Source: Malacoraja senta
Taxonomy: Eukaryota
DNA: 64,000 bases
Reading direction: 5' to 3'
Assembly: GCA_038087875.1 (NCBI GenBank)
Contig: CM075989.1
Location: 23,810,001 to 23,874,000, forward strand
Shown here one piece after another: positions 39,028 through 52,528 of this stretch. The notes beneath the pieces were generated by a model, which had not been told where the DNA came from, made no database searches, and saw only the letters and a program-made list of their open reading frames with translations. Numbering within the stretch: position 1 is the first letter of the stretch; the number at the start of each line of letters is the position of its first letter. The position numbers were made by a program, and so were the translations under genes.

Positions 39028-39830
39028 TCAAGTCAAGTCAAGTCACATTTATTTATATAGCACATTTAAAAAACAACTCTCGTTGGCCAAAGTGCTTTAC
39101 ATTTGTTATAAGAATAGCACAAACAAAACAAACTACATACATATATACATGTAGCCCTCACTCAGAGGACGTCAGGAAAGGCTTGGGAGTATAGATAAGT
39201 CTTTAGTCTTGACTTAAAATAGTTGATGGAGGGGGCAGTTCTGATGGGGAGGGGGATGCTGTTCCACAGTCTAGGGGCTGCAACCGCAAAGGCGCGGTCG
39301 CCCCTGAGCTTATGCCTAGACCGTGGGATATTCAGCAACCCCAAGTTGGCCGATCTGAGGGACCTGGAGGTGGAGTGGTGGGTGAGAAGACTTTTTATGT
39401 AGGTGGGGGCAAGCCCATTGAGGGCTTTGTAGACATGGAGGAGGATCTTGAAGTTAATACGGAACCGCACAGGGAGCCAGTGGAGAGAGGCCAGGATCGG
39501 GGTGATGTGGTCCCTTTTTCGGGTGCCCGTCAGGAGTCTCGCTGCGGCGATTTGGACCAGTTGCAGGCGGGACAGGGAAGATTGGCTGATGCCAGTGTAA
39601 AGGGAGTTGCAGTAATGTGGCCCTTGTGGCTAAGGGGATCAGGGGGTATGGAGAGAAGGCAGGTACGGGATACTGAGTTGGATGATCAGCCATGATCATA
39701 TTGAATGGCGGTGCAGGCTCGAAGGGCCGAATGGCCTACTCCTGCACCTATTTTCTATGTATCCATGTATCTATGTAATCTAGGCGGGAGGAGATGAATG
39801 TGTGGATGATCTTTTCGAGGTCATCAAACT
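39028..39830 (-). mobile_element. L2-clade LINE 3' fragment, interrupted by a CR1 3' piece at ~39616-39774
   Basis: ORF 39162-39470 RINFKILLHVYKALNGLAPTY...RSLRS...GDRAFAVAAPRLWNSIP...FKSRLKTYL; (tgact)n tail. Confidence 0.9.
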
Positions 39831-40692
39831 GTATGGACGGTATGCAAAAGGACAAATGCCTAGGCAGGACCTACACATTGAAGGGTTGGCCCTGGGGCAT
39901 GTTGCAGAGTAGAGGGATCTAGGAGTGCCTGTATATAATTACTTGAAAGTGGTGTCACATGTGGATAGGGTTTTTGATACATTGGCCTTCATCAGTCAGG
40001 GCTTTGAGTGTAGAAGTTGGGATGTTATGTTAGAGTTGCCCAGGCTGCATATGGAGTATTGTGTTCAGTTTTGGTCACCCTACTAAGGGAAGGGTTTCAT
40101 TAAGCTAGAAAGAGTGCAAAGATTTACGAGGATGTTGACTGGACTTGTAGGCCATAACTGTGGGGAGAAGTCAGGCAGGTGAGGATGTTATTTCTTGGAA
40201 CGCAGGAGGCTGAGGGGTGAACTTCTAGAGGGGTGTTGGATCATGAGGGGAATAGATAGGTTGAATGCACAAAGTCTTTTACCCAGAATAGGAGGATCAA
40301 GAACAAGAGAACATAGGTTTAAGGTGAGAGGGGAAAGATTTAATAGGAACTTGAGGGGCATGTTTTTCCAAAAGGGTGGTTGATATATGGAACGAGCTGC
40401 CAGAGGAGGTAGTTGACACAAGTACTTTCACAACATTCGAAAGACATTTGGACAGGTACATGGATAAATGAAATGGGCCAAATATGGGAAGGTGGAACCA
40501 ATATAGATGGGGCATTTTGGTCAGCATGGGCAAGTTGGGCTGAAGGGCCTGTTTTCGTGCAGTATAACCCTATGAACCAATCGATTCTTTCAGTTGCATG
40601 TAAAAGATCTGTTTTTCTCTGCCTGGTTTTCTGGCCAATATTTCTCTCCCGACTAACAGATTAGTTGGTCATTATCACAGTAAGATCAATGT

Positions 40693-40892
40693 NNNNNNNN
40701 NNNNNNNNNNNNNNNNNNNNNNNNNNNNNNNNNNNNNNNNNNNNNNNNNNNNNNNNNNNNNNNNNNNNNNNNNNNNNNNNNNNNNNNNNNNNNNNNNNNN
40801 NNNNNNNNNNNNNNNNNNNNNNNNNNNNNNNNNNNNNNNNNNNNNNNNNNNNNNNNNNNNNNNNNNNNNNNNNNNNNNNNNNNNNNNNNNNN
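40693..40892. other. Assembly gap (200 N)
   Basis: Run of 200 N; true gap length unknown. Confidence 1.
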
Positions 40893-43389
40893 TACAAGCT
40901 GGAAAGAGGTGCAGAGACGATTTACGAGGATGTGGCCAGATACAGGGGGCCTGAGCTACAGGGAGAGGTTGGGCAGGCTAGGACTTTAATCCTTGGAGCA
41001 TAGGAGGTGTTCTTTAAAGGGCACTCTTTTAGAAGTGAGGAGGATCTTCTTTAGTCAGGCTAGTCAATCTGTGGAACTCATTGCCATAGAGGGCTGTGGA
41101 GGCCTCTATGGCAGTGGATATTTTTTAAGGCAGAGATAGACAAATTCTTGATTAGAACGGGTGTCAAGGGTTATGTGGGGAAGGCAGAAAAATGGGATTA
41201 GGAGGCAGAGACCAGCCATGATCGAATGGTGGGGGGACTCGATGGGTGGAATGGCCTAATTCTACTCCTATAACTTGTGAACGTGAGGTGCAGGGGTGAT
41301 CTTATAGACATGTATAAGATAATGAGGGGAATAGATAGTGTGAAAGCACAGGGCAATCAAGAAACAGAGGGCATAGGTTGAAGGTGAGAGGAGAAATATT
41401 GAACAGGAACCCAAGGGACAAATTTTTCAGTCAGAGATTGGTGGGTGTGTGGAGCTGCCAGAGGAGATAGTTGAGGCAGGTATTTAAAAGATACTTGGAC
41501 AGGTACATGGATGGGCAAGGTTTAGATGGATATGGGCAATATGCAGGCAAGTGGATTACCAAAATGAGGCGTCTTGGTCAGCATCGATGAGTTGGGCCAA
41601 AGGGCTGTTTTGTTGTGTAAGATTCTATGTATGTGATGGTCCTGTGTTATGATAGACCCTGTGTATTTCATTGAAGTGTGTACTCTGTTTGAAATACACA
41701 AAATGAAAGCTTAATCTCTTTGAAGTCCTTTATTTTGTAATATAATTCATAATGTTTACTTCTAATCAACGTGAAATAGGATGTTAACTATTGGTGCTGC
41801 ATTTGGACTCCAGAATATTTGATCTTTTACTATTATCTCTTGTGATGGTAAAACATTAACGTTAATAGCTGTTGGTAAATAAGTGTATTACTGGTTTGAC
41901 AGTCCCAGGTTAAATCTGGAGTCGAAGCTGGTTTAAACCAGTAACAACCCACAGCCAATAGACAATAGGTGCAGGAGTAGGCCATTCAGCCCTTCGAGCC
42001 AGCACCACCATCATGGCTGATCAATGTCCTGTTTCACTGCACAAGTCCTGTCACCAGTGATGTTATTATCTGGTTTCGCCATTTCCTGTGGCATCTGAAG
42101 TTTTAAAAAATAGCAAAAGATCCTATGATTTCAGCAGACAAATGAAATGCACAATGTAGGAAAGAATGTCATTGTCTGGAGCAAAATCAGGTAATCACAA
42201 GATATTTCCATGTTGTAATGTTTACAGTAGATTGCTAGTGACGTGTATAATCCAACTTCCAGTGACCACGTTGACTTGAGGTTCCATCCTCCTACACAGA
42301 TTAATACAAGTTATCCCAGGAATGAAGAGGACAGTATTTTCTATTTGCTGGCCATCGTTTGTTCCCCAACCAACCACCTTATGTGCTGATTTTGCAACCC
42401 CTCTTTGTGCAGCCAAACGACCCAAAATGCTAACATCGACACAGTGGGTATATTTCATAAATAATTCACAGGTGTGCTTTAGTTTGGATCTATTCAATGT
42501 TGTACCCGTGCTATATTTCTAATCAAACCTAAAATAATATTAGTAATTCCATTCATTAAGATATGGGCGGCCCAGTGGCGTAGCGGTAGAGTTGCTGCCT
42601 TGCAGGGTCAGAGACCCGGGTTTGATCCCAACTAAGGGTGCTGTCTGTATGGAGTTTGTACGTTGTCCCTGTGACCGTGTGGGTTTTCTCCGGGTTCTCT
42701 AGTTTCCGCAAACATTCCAAAGATGTGTGAGCTTATAGATTAATTGGCTTTGGTTAAATTGTAAGTTGTCCCTCGGGCTCTTAAAGATAGCGGAGTCAGG
42801 GGATATGGGGAGAAGGCAGGAACGGGGTACTGATTGGGATGATCAGCCATGATCACATTGAATGGAGGTGCTGGCTCGAAGGGCCGAATGGCCTACTCAT
42901 GCACCTATTGTCTATTGTCTATTGTCTGTAGGATAATGTTAGTGTGGATGATCGCTGGTTGGCATGGACTTGTTGGGCCGAAGGGGCTGTATCCACACTG
43001 TATCTCCAAACTACACTAAACTAACTAAAATTGTTGCAGTTTTGATGACCTTTGATAATGGTTGGATCTCGTTGGAAAAGATGTGCCTTGTTGTGAATTA
43101 TCCATTTTGTCTCTCAGCCACAGGGCTGCCAAGCACTGCATTCTGGAATTGGATTTACTCAAAACACATTGGCAACAAGGAACCTCACTCATTGGCAACG
43201 TGTGCTTGGAAAAATAGCACAGCCTGTCTTGTGGATGAGCCTGGTGTTATGCTTTGCAGACATGTTCTGAACAAGGTACCAAGTATTTGCCTGTGATTTA
43301 TGCTGTATCGTTAAGAACACTGGGTGACTGGGCCATCTCACGGAAAGACATTTGGAAACATTCCAAAAATGTGCTCTGGCTTCTTGAGA

Positions 43390-44295
43390 ATATCTTTCAG
43401 ATGAGATGTTGCATCGAGGTTCAGTCGGCTATCTCAGATAAAATATCCACTGTCTATGTTGAGAGGAAAAGCAGCAATGCCACCAATATTGCCGTGGCCA
43501 AACATCATGGCTCAGGCAACATCAGGGTGCTCAGGAAGAACAACATCACCCAGAGACTGCTGCTATCCTTTTATCGGTGCTCAATAGAGAGCATCTTAAC
43601 ATACTGTGTATGCGTGTGGTACACCAGCTGCACAGCGGCTAAGAGGAAAGCGCTCCAGAGGGCTATTGACAACGCCCAGAAGATTATCGTCTGCCCTCTC
43701 CTCACCTTGGAGAACCTACACAGTTCCCACTGTCTCAAAAAAATCCCAGAAGATCATAAAGGACATTTTCCACCCCGGTCACTCCCTGTTTGTACTGCTG
43801 CCGTCAGGCAGACGGTACAGATCGATGAGGACAAGGACAAACAGACTCAAAAACAGTTTTTATCCCACAGCAATAACCACACTTAATGTAGCCACCAAAT
43901 GAGTACAGGTGTGCTACACACCAAAGGGACTGGGAAATCGACTGAAGAATGTGTTTTTTTTTCATGTTATTTATTTTAGTTGTTTATCTTAGACTTTTGC
44001 TCTTAGAAAATGTGTGAATGGTGCACTGACTAGTTGGCATTTCTAATTTTGTTGTACATGTTTACATGTTATAATGACAATAAAGTATTCATCATCATCA
44101 TCATCACTAAAGCAAATAATCTGGTTATCATCATGTTGCCGTTTGTGGATGCATTGTTGAATGCTTGTTGATGGCCACATTTCCGACCTTTTAACAAGGG
44201 CGAACCAACAAAAGTGGTTAAGTAACTGCAAAGCTCTTTGAGTTTCAGATGCTCCATGGTTATGAAGGGCCATTGAAGTGCAGGTCATTCTTTCT
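43390..44295 (+). mobile_element. Ancient Deu-domain SINE (SacSINE/AmnSINE-like) relic split by the Rex1 insertion
   Basis: Left part tctttcagatgagatgtt...gtggccaaa (43390-43505) and right part taatctggttatcatcatgttgccgtttgtgg...aagctctttg...gtcattctttct (44107-44295) resemble the recalled Deu-SINE consensus; highly diverged. Confidence 0.5.
43518..44106 (+). mobile_element. Rex1/Babar LINE 3' fragment (different family)
   Basis: FYRCSIESILTYCVCVWY / HPGHSLFVLLPSGRRYRSMRTRTNRLKNSFYP; aataaa followed by (cat)n tail. Confidence 0.85.
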
Positions 44296-45587
44296 CATTG
44301 TAAATTGTGCATGGGATGGCCTTGCTTCTGAATCACACCAACCAACCCCCTTCCATTGACTCCATCTACACCTCACGCTGCCATCTTAATGCAAGGCCAG
44401 CAGCATAATCAAGGACCAGTCTCACCCCAGTACTCCCTCTTCTCCCCTCTCCATCAGGCAAGGGGTACAGATGTGTGAAAACGTACACCTCCAAATTCAA
44501 GGTAAGTTTCTTTCCAACTGTTATCAGACGACTGAACCATCCTACCACAACTAGAGAGCTGAGCTATTATCTACCTCATTGAAGATCCTTGGACTATCTT
44601 TAATCGGACTTTACTAGACTTTATCTTAATTCCCATTTTCCTGAATCTGTAAACTTTGGACGGCTCAATTGTAATCATGTATAGTCTTCCCGCTGATTGG
44701 TTAGTAAGCAACAAAGGCTGTACCTCGGTACACGTGACAATAAACTGAACTGATCTAAACCTCGTCTGATTCCATCTATCCATTATCCCCTGCTCCTCCA
44801 TCGCCTCTTATCATCTACCATCCTGTATCTCACCCCCTTACAAACCGCTATTATCTGCCCATCTTTCCTGTTCCCCCTCATCCCTGATGCAGGGTTTGGA
44901 CACGAGACATCCTACACCTTGTGCCTCCACACATGCTGCTTGATGAGCTGAGCTCTTCCTGCCTTCTGTTTATGTGTTCTAAAGTCCGGTCCGTGCTCCT
45001 GCTTTAGACGCATGTCAGATTTCCGTAACAATGACTGATTGTGGAAGATATTTCTTTCCCCATGCACACATGCAACCAGAATAATAATGAGGACCAAAGA
45101 TGCATTCCTGGTAATTCTGATACTGACAATAAAATTGGGAGTGACATGATGCGACGGAATAAAGAAATTGGTTTAATGTGTGGTCAGTCAGCATAGATGT
45201 TTTAAACAAACTACATATGCTGGAGTTTGGGATCTAATCAGATACTGATGTATTTGCTTAGCTTTCATCTGCAGCTTAAACAAAGGTTGGCTGGTATTCA
45301 AGGAGGTGGGAATCAAGGGATATGGGGAAAGGCAGGAATGGGGTACAGATTGTGGATGATCACATTGAACGGCAGTGCTGGCTTGAAGGGCCAAATGGCC
45401 TACTCCCGCACCTATTGTCTATGTTTCTAAGCAATTAAGAGTCGTGGATTTCCCACACAATGTGCGACTGAGCAGCGGTGCATTGGATGTAAGAACCAAA
45501 TAGTCTGATCATATCATACTACTTAGCCTGTGAGGCAGCATCTATGGAGCGAAGGAATAGGCGACGTTTCGGGTTGAGACCCTTCGT

Positions 45588-45615
45588 CTGAAGAAGGGTC
45601 TCGACCCGAAACGTC
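45588..45615 (+). ncRNA. Minimal type-I hammerhead ribozyme core (Penelope pLTR-derived)
   Basis: CTGAAGAAGGGTCTCGACCCGAAACGTC, intact core. Confidence 0.75.
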
Positions 45616-47595
45616 GCCTATTCCTTCGCTCGGTAGATGCTGCCTCACCCGCTGTGTTTCTCCAGCATTTTTGTCTACCTTCGATTTGTCCAGCATCTGC
45701 AGTTCTTTCTCAAACATACTACTTAGTTTAGTTGGTTTTAGTTAGTTTATTATTATTGTCACCGAGGGACAGTGAAAAGCGTTTGATTCCGTGCTAACCA
45801 GTCAAAGAAAAGACTACCCATGGAAACAATCAAGCCACCCACAGTGCACATCTAATAGACATACAACATTTTGTTAGCATGCCACCAAAGCTTTTCACTG
45901 TACCTCTTACAGTAAACTGAACTGATTCCTGTAACCTCTGTGTTGTTACTTTATTAAATTAAATAATTGTTAATTTCTTTTTTAATCTTACTTTATGATC
46001 AATAGATGCTATTTTGCTATATATGTATTTTGCTACCAAGTAGGACAGGCTTCTCTCTCTGAACTTCCCAAACTCCCATTTTCCACTTTATTGAGGACTG
46101 TTTACAAACCTGTTGAGCTACAAATAAGAATGTCATCGTTCCGTTTTGGGATACACGACAAGTAAAAAACTCCTGACACTCTGTTCTAATTTGACTCTTT
46201 GAAGACTCGGCTAGACTTTCAACTAGGTTAGTCAATATAGTTTAATGATTGACTAATTTTCACATTTAGTCTTGCCCAGATTTGAGTTTCATCAATCTGA
46301 ACCAATCTATTGATTGGAGACAGGGTTGAGTTTGTTCGCCCAGCCCGCTGGTATAATTAATGGTGTATCGATTACCAATCGGGGTGTTAACAGGGATGTG
46401 CCACAAATTATACCTTCTTTCCTAATCATGATTATGCTGGTGGATGAATTAGTTTAAATATAGAAAGAAATTAAAGGAATAGGAGAGAAATAAAACAATT
46501 TAAAGCGAGAAGCAGCTGGGGATTTGAAACCAAATGTGTAGCAGACCTGGTGATCATTTGTGAGTTCTGATGAAGTTTCTTCATCCACCCTCTGTGATAA
46601 TTTAAACCCCATCAGTCCCACCAGTCCATGTGAGCCCCACATCCTTCTAAACCTATCCTATCATATGATGAGTGTTTGTCGGCACTGGGCCTGTACGCGC
46701 TGGAGTTTAGAAGAATGAGGGGGGGCCTCATTGAAACGTACAGAAAAGTGAAAGGCTTGGATAGAGTGGATGTGGAGAGGATGTTTCCACTAGTGGGAGA
46801 GTGTAGGACTAGAGGTCGCAGCCTCAGAAATAAAGGCTGTTCTTTTAGGAAGGAGAGGTTGAGGGATTTCTTTAATCAGAGGGTGGTGAAGCTGTGAAAT
46901 TCTGTGGAGGCCAATCATACTAATCAAGAATCTATCTACCTCCACCTTAAAAATGTCCATTGACTTGGCCTCCACAGCTGTCTATGGCAATGAATTTCAC
47001 AGATTCACCACCATCTGACTTAAATAATGATCGTTCCAGGCAGCTTCCAGACCAGCATCAGGCAAAACAACTTCTAGGTCCCCAAAAGTAACAACATTCC
47101 AGCCTTCCTTTGGTCCATCAAGCAACTCCTTTGAGCGGTACGGTGGTGCAGCGGTAGAGTTGCTGCCTTATAGCACCAGAGACTCGGGTACTGTCTGTAC
47201 AGAGTTTGTACGTTCTCCCTGTGACCAAGTGGGGTTTCTCCCAGTTGCTCCAGTTTCCTCCCACATTCCAAGGTCGTGCTGGTTTGTTGGTTAATTGGCT
47301 TCTGTAAATTGTTCCCAGAGTGTACGATAGAACTCGAGTACAGGTGATCACTGGTCAGCACGGACCCGGTGGGCCGAAGGGCCTGTTTCCACACTGTATC
47401 TTTTAACTAAACTAAACCAAACTAAACTAAACTAACCTGGACTAAACTATATTAACCTGAACTAAACTGAACTAAACCAAACTGAACAAAACTAAACTAT
47501 ACTAAGCTTCTGAGTAAAGCTTCATCTCCCCTCCAGTTTTGCGACTCTGACCTCACCCTCCGGCCATTGATTTCTCCCTGTGATCACCAATCAGA

Positions 47596-47901
47596 GTGGA
47601 GGAGCAGCACCTCACATTTCGCTTGGCTAGTTTACACCCCAGCGGTATGAACATTGACCTCCAATTTCAAGTAGTCCTTGCTATCTCCCTCCTTCCCCTC
47701 CCCTTCCCAGCTCTCCCACAGCCTACTGTCTCCGCCTCTTCCTTTCTTCTTCCCACCCCCCCACCCCCACATCAGTCTGAAGAAGGGTCTCGACCTGAAA
47801 CGTCACCTATTCCTTCGCTCCACAGATGCTGCCTCACCAGCTGAGTTTCTCCAGCATTTTTGTCTACCTTCGATTTTTCCAGCATCTGCAGTTCTTTCTT
47901 A
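47596..47901 (+). mobile_element. Penelope-like 3' fragment/pseudo-LTR
   Basis: EEQHLTFRLASLHPSGMNID; hammerhead core at 47777-47804. Similar pieces at 27276-27557 (+) and 51918-52221 (-). Confidence 0.8.
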
Positions 47902-48426
47902 ACCAATCAGATTCATGATCAGCTCTGCAAATGACAACACAATGGCCCGTGATCACCTGTATCCTGTGGCATCGATCACTTCCTCCAACTACTGAACCTA
48001 CCTTCAACTCTTAAACCTGCAGTGCCCAAACCTCCTCCCCTGCCTGTCCGCCCGCTGCTCTTATTTGTCTGAGCACCCCGGGATCTAATCATTTGCTTGA
48101 ACCCCGCTTCCCAACAATTTGCACTTTCCCATTCCCTGCCCATTCACAGAGCCCTGATCCTATGATGGGCTTCCATTTTCGGCTTATGGCCTTGACCCTT
48201 GACTCTTGACTCAGGACCCTTGACCCTTGACTCTTGAACCACCATGTTTCCCAGTGCAATGTTCTTGAACAACATGGTAATTGACCCACCATGAACCATC
48301 TAGCGTGCCTTTAGAGTCCATGTCTAGGTGTTAATAGCTGCAGTTTGTGTCATAAGAAGGGAAATAATTTAGTTAAGTTTAGTTTAATTCAAAGATACAG
48401 CATGAAAGTCAAGATTATTAGGCCTA

Positions 48427-48654
48427 ATGGCCTGTCCCACTTTCACGTCCTAATTCACGACCTCTGCTGAGTTTGCCCTTGACTCATACTCACAGGATGG
48501 TCGTCACGAGGTCGTAGGTAGTTCGTAGGTAGGTCGTGATGCTAGTCGTAGGTACGTGTGGCATCAATTGGGTCGGGGCGTTTTCCTAGCCTGATGAAAA
48601 ATGTCCACGAGTAAAAAAGGTTGTGAATTAGGTCGTGAAAGTGGGACAGGCCTT
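48427..48654. mobile_element. PIF/Harbinger-like MITE (shorter relative)
   Basis: ~36-bp imperfect TIRs with GGCCTGTCCCACTTTCACG; internal gagtttgccct(t/c)gactcatactc shared with the 18713 element. Confidence 0.75.
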
Positions 48655-50967
48655 TTAGAATTCAAGCAATCCTGATTGGCAAATAGCTCCATGTTTCACA
48701 TCCAATGGTATTTTCAGAATGATCAGCAAAATACAATGTTTTATTTAAAACTACGCCCCTGAATTGGTGTGATTGTAAGCACACTTGTTACTCATCGGCT
48801 ACTAGTAATGCAAACACGTTTAACTATGTTCAAAGCGAAATTCCAAGGCGTTATTAAGTTAGAAGTTCTACAGATTTCAGCAGAGACGGTAAATCAGTGT
48901 CCGGATTTGCAGGGAAGTGAGGAACTGGAGTCCATGACACCAGCCCTGGGAGATCAATGTGCTTCACAGCTTCATCCTTTGTTAACTGACAGAGTACTTC
49001 CCTCAACAGTCTCTTTAAAGATACCTTCAATAAAGCTTCTTTGGGGCTTACACTACGTTCACAGGATCAAACAGTTTTGGGTAAATTGGTCCCATCTGGA
49101 GTTGAAAGGGATTCTTGCAGAGTTCCAGAGGTGACACTTGATAATTCTTTGTAATCTGATGACCTGAATGCCAGTGAAGCTCTTCTATCCACATGACAGC
49201 TCCAAAACATCTCCAGTGAACACTGACTTTTGATAAGGGATGCATATTTATTTATTTAAAATACTTCGCCAGAATATAGAGCTGCACTGTAATCTCATGT
49301 GTGGACTATCTCTGAAAGAAGAGCAGAAGTCGTTACAAATGTTGTAAACGACTCTGGCACACAAATCAATATGGAGAGAGATGAAACAGAACATGCATCG
49401 TGCAGAGGGAGGATTTGAAGTTAGTTCTGTAAATGAAGACTAATATCGATTGAAATCACTCCAATAGTTTGAGTTTAGTTTCAGTTTAGTTTATTGTCAC
49501 GTGTACCGAGGTACAGTGAAAAACTTTTAATGCCTGCTATCCAGTCAGCAGAAAGTCAACAATGCAATCGAGCCGTCGACAGTGTACAGTTACATGATAA
49601 AGGGAATAATGGGAATAATGTTTAGTGCAAGATAAAGTCCTATCAAAGATAGTCCGGGAGTCTCCAAAGAGCTAGATAAATCGTTTCTGGTTGTTTGGCA
49701 CCTCCATTTCACCCATCACTAATAATTCGATAGACCCAAAGTGCTGGAGTAACTCAGCAGGCCAGGGAGCATCTCTGGAGAAAAGGAATAGGTGACGTTT
49801 TGGGTCGAGACCCTGCTTCAGACTGATAGTCAGGGGAGAGGGAATTGAGAGATATGAAAAAATGAATGAAAGGTGTGACAGGCTTTGATTTGTCCTTTTG
49901 CATACCTTTCATTCATTTGTTTCTTTGTACCTGTTCATATATCTCGTTTCCCTCTCCCCTGACTCTGTAAACCAGCATCTGCAGTTCATTCCAGCACTAA
50001 TAATTTGATAATCTAAGAAAATAAGTAATTTTTTTTCAGCAATTTATATGTCCTCAGAATTCCGTTTGGAAAATTATTGACAAGTTGTCTACTAGGCAAG
50101 TCGGGCAGCCAAAGACCATGTCCAACAAGTTCACAAGTTATAGGAGTAGAATTAGTCCATCGAGTCTATTCTGCTATTCAATCATGGCTGATCTCTGCCT
50201 CCCAATCCCATTTTCCTGCCTTCTTCCCATAACTCTTGTCACCCGTTCTAATCCAGAATTTGTCTATCTCTGCCTTAAAAATATTTACTGACTTAGCCTC
50301 CCTAGCCCTCAGTGCCAATGAGTTCCACAGATTAACTACCCTTGTCTTTGGAATTCTCTGCCTCAGAGGGCGGTGGAGGCAGGTTCACTGGATGCTTTCA
50401 AGAGAGAGCTAGATAGGGCTCTTAAAGATAGCGGAGTCAGGGGATATGGGGAGAAGGCAGGAACTGATTGGGGATGATCAGCCATGATCACATTGAATGG
50501 CGGTGCTGGCTCGAAGGGCCGAATGGCCTACTCCTGCACCTATTGTCTGACTAAAGTAGTTCCTCCTCACCTCCTTTCTAAAAGAGCGCCCTGTAATTCT
50601 GAGGCTGTGACCTCTGGTCCTAGACTCTCCCACCAGTGGAGACATCCTTTCATTATTCTGTAAGTTTCAATGAGGTCCCCCCCCTCAACCTTCTAAATTC
50701 CAGCGAGTACAGGCCCAGTGCTGTCAAACGCTCATCATATTCTAACCCACTCATTCCTGGGATTTTGTTTGTAAACCTCCTCTGGACCCTCTCCAGAGCC
50801 AGCACATCCTTCCTCAGATATGGGGCCCAAATTTGCTCGCAGTACTCCAAATGCAGCCTGACCAGTGCCTTCTAGAGCCTCAGCATTACATCTGTCCATA
50901 GTATGAAAGATAGCCTCAAAGTGCTGGAGTAACTCAGCGGGTCAGACAAGCGTTAGATAAGGCAGTC

Positions 50968-51202
50968 AAACTCACTGCTCTTCGTTAACAGAGCCATGGG
51001 ATGTGTTGTGTACACTCCCACAGGAAGACAGGGCCTGAGTTTAATACCTAATGCAAAAGACCTTTGTCAATATTGCATTTGCTCGTTATTGATTGCAAGT
51101 AAGTGTCAAAGTGGATTATCTACTCACGCTGTCGAGTGGAGTGGAGCTCATGACTTTTTTACTTGGGGTTGAGAGAGTTTTCAGCTGGGACAAGCTGACA
51201 GC
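50968..51202 (-). mobile_element. Ancient Deu-domain SINE relic (5' half)
   Basis: Reverse complement gtcagcttgtcccagctg...ttaaactcaggccctgtc...atcccatggctctgttaacgaagagcagtgagtt resembles the tRNA head plus Deu-SINE body. Confidence 0.45.
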
Positions 51203-51580
51203 TTGATCATCCAGTTCTCAGAAGCTGCAGTTAAATTAATATCATATTCAAGGCGACTTTCTTTATGTTACCTACACTGTAATGGAAGTGAGATATTCCA
51301 TCTAATTTCAGAGTCAACATATTTCTGTGACAGTTGCAAAGCAGGAGATATATCAAGTAACAGTAATCATTTATCACATTTATTCTCTGTTCATTGCAAG
51401 ACTGTATTGTCCGCTCATGAATGAGTTGCCCTGAAAAATGTGAGGGAGAATCCTTAATAAACTGCACATATTGTGGGATGGAAGTTGAATGCAGATCAGC
51501 TCAGGCATGGATAACGTGTAGAAAGGAACTGCAGATGCTGGTTTATACCGAAGATAGACACAAAGGCGTCAGTAGCATCT

Positions 51581-51915
51581 GGGTGGCACGGTGACACAGC
51601 GGTAGAGTTGCTGCCTTACAGCGCCAGAGACGTGGGTTCGATTCTTACTTTGGGTGATGTCTGTACGGAGTTTGTACCTTCTCCCCGTGACCTGCGTGGG
51701 TTTTCTCTGAGATCTTCGGTTTCCTCCCACAATCCAAAGACGTACAGGTTTGTAGGTCAATTGGCTTGGTAGAATTGTAAATTGTCCTTGGTGTGTGTAG
51801 GATAGTGTTAATATCCTACACTAGGATTCTAACACTAAGGGATCATTGGTCAGCGCGGACTCGATAGGCTAACGGGCCTGTTTCTGCGCTGTATCTCTAA
51901 ACTAAGCTAAACTAA
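51581..51915 (+). mobile_element. HE1-like V-SINE
   Basis: gggtggcacggtgacacagcggtagag...ggttcgattc...gtatctctaaactaagctaaac. Confidence 0.85.
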
Positions 51916-52362
51916 GTATGTAAGAAAGAACTGCAGATGCTGGTTTGAATCGAAGGTAGACACAAAATGCTGGAGTAACTCAGCGGGTGAGGCAGCATCT
52001 CTGGAGAGAAGGAATGTTTCGGGTCGAAGCCCTTCTTCAGACAGATGTCAGGGGAGGGGGCGGGACAAAGGTAGAATGTAGGCGGGGACAATAAGACTAG
52101 AGGTAGAACTGGGAAGGGGAAGGGGATGGAGAGAGAAAGCAAGGGCTATCTGAAATTAGAGAAGTCAATGTTCATACTGCTGGGGTGTAAACTACCCAAG
52201 GGAAATATGAGGTGCTGCTCCCTTTCTTTCTCTCTCCATCCCCTTCCCCACAATATGTGCAGTTGATGACCCTTCATCAGACTGAAAGTAGAGGGGAGGG
52301 AAGTGGATGTAATAAAGGCCAGAACAAAGCAGGGCCAGCAATAGATGACCAACGATGTATTC

Positions 52363-52528
52363 AGATGCTGCCTGACCCGCTGAGTTACTCCAGCACTCTG
52401 TGAAACGTCACCTATCCATGTTCTCCAGAGATGCTGCCTGACCCGCTGAGTTACTCCAGCACTCTGTGAAACGTTACCTATCCATGTTCTCCACAGATGC
52501 TGCCTGACCCGCTGAGTTACTCCAGCAG
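52363..52528 (+). repeat. 66-bp tandem repeat (2.5 units) derived from Penelope pLTR
   Basis: Units start at 52363, 52429 and 52495. Confidence 0.85.

Noticed and set aside
39850..41630. False duplication across the N gap
   Set aside because: The CR1 pieces on either side are clearly diverged from each other and differently interrupted, so they look like separate copies.
52363..52528. CRISPR-like array
   Set aside because: Units are contiguous with no unique spacers; eukaryotic Penelope-derived tandem repeat.
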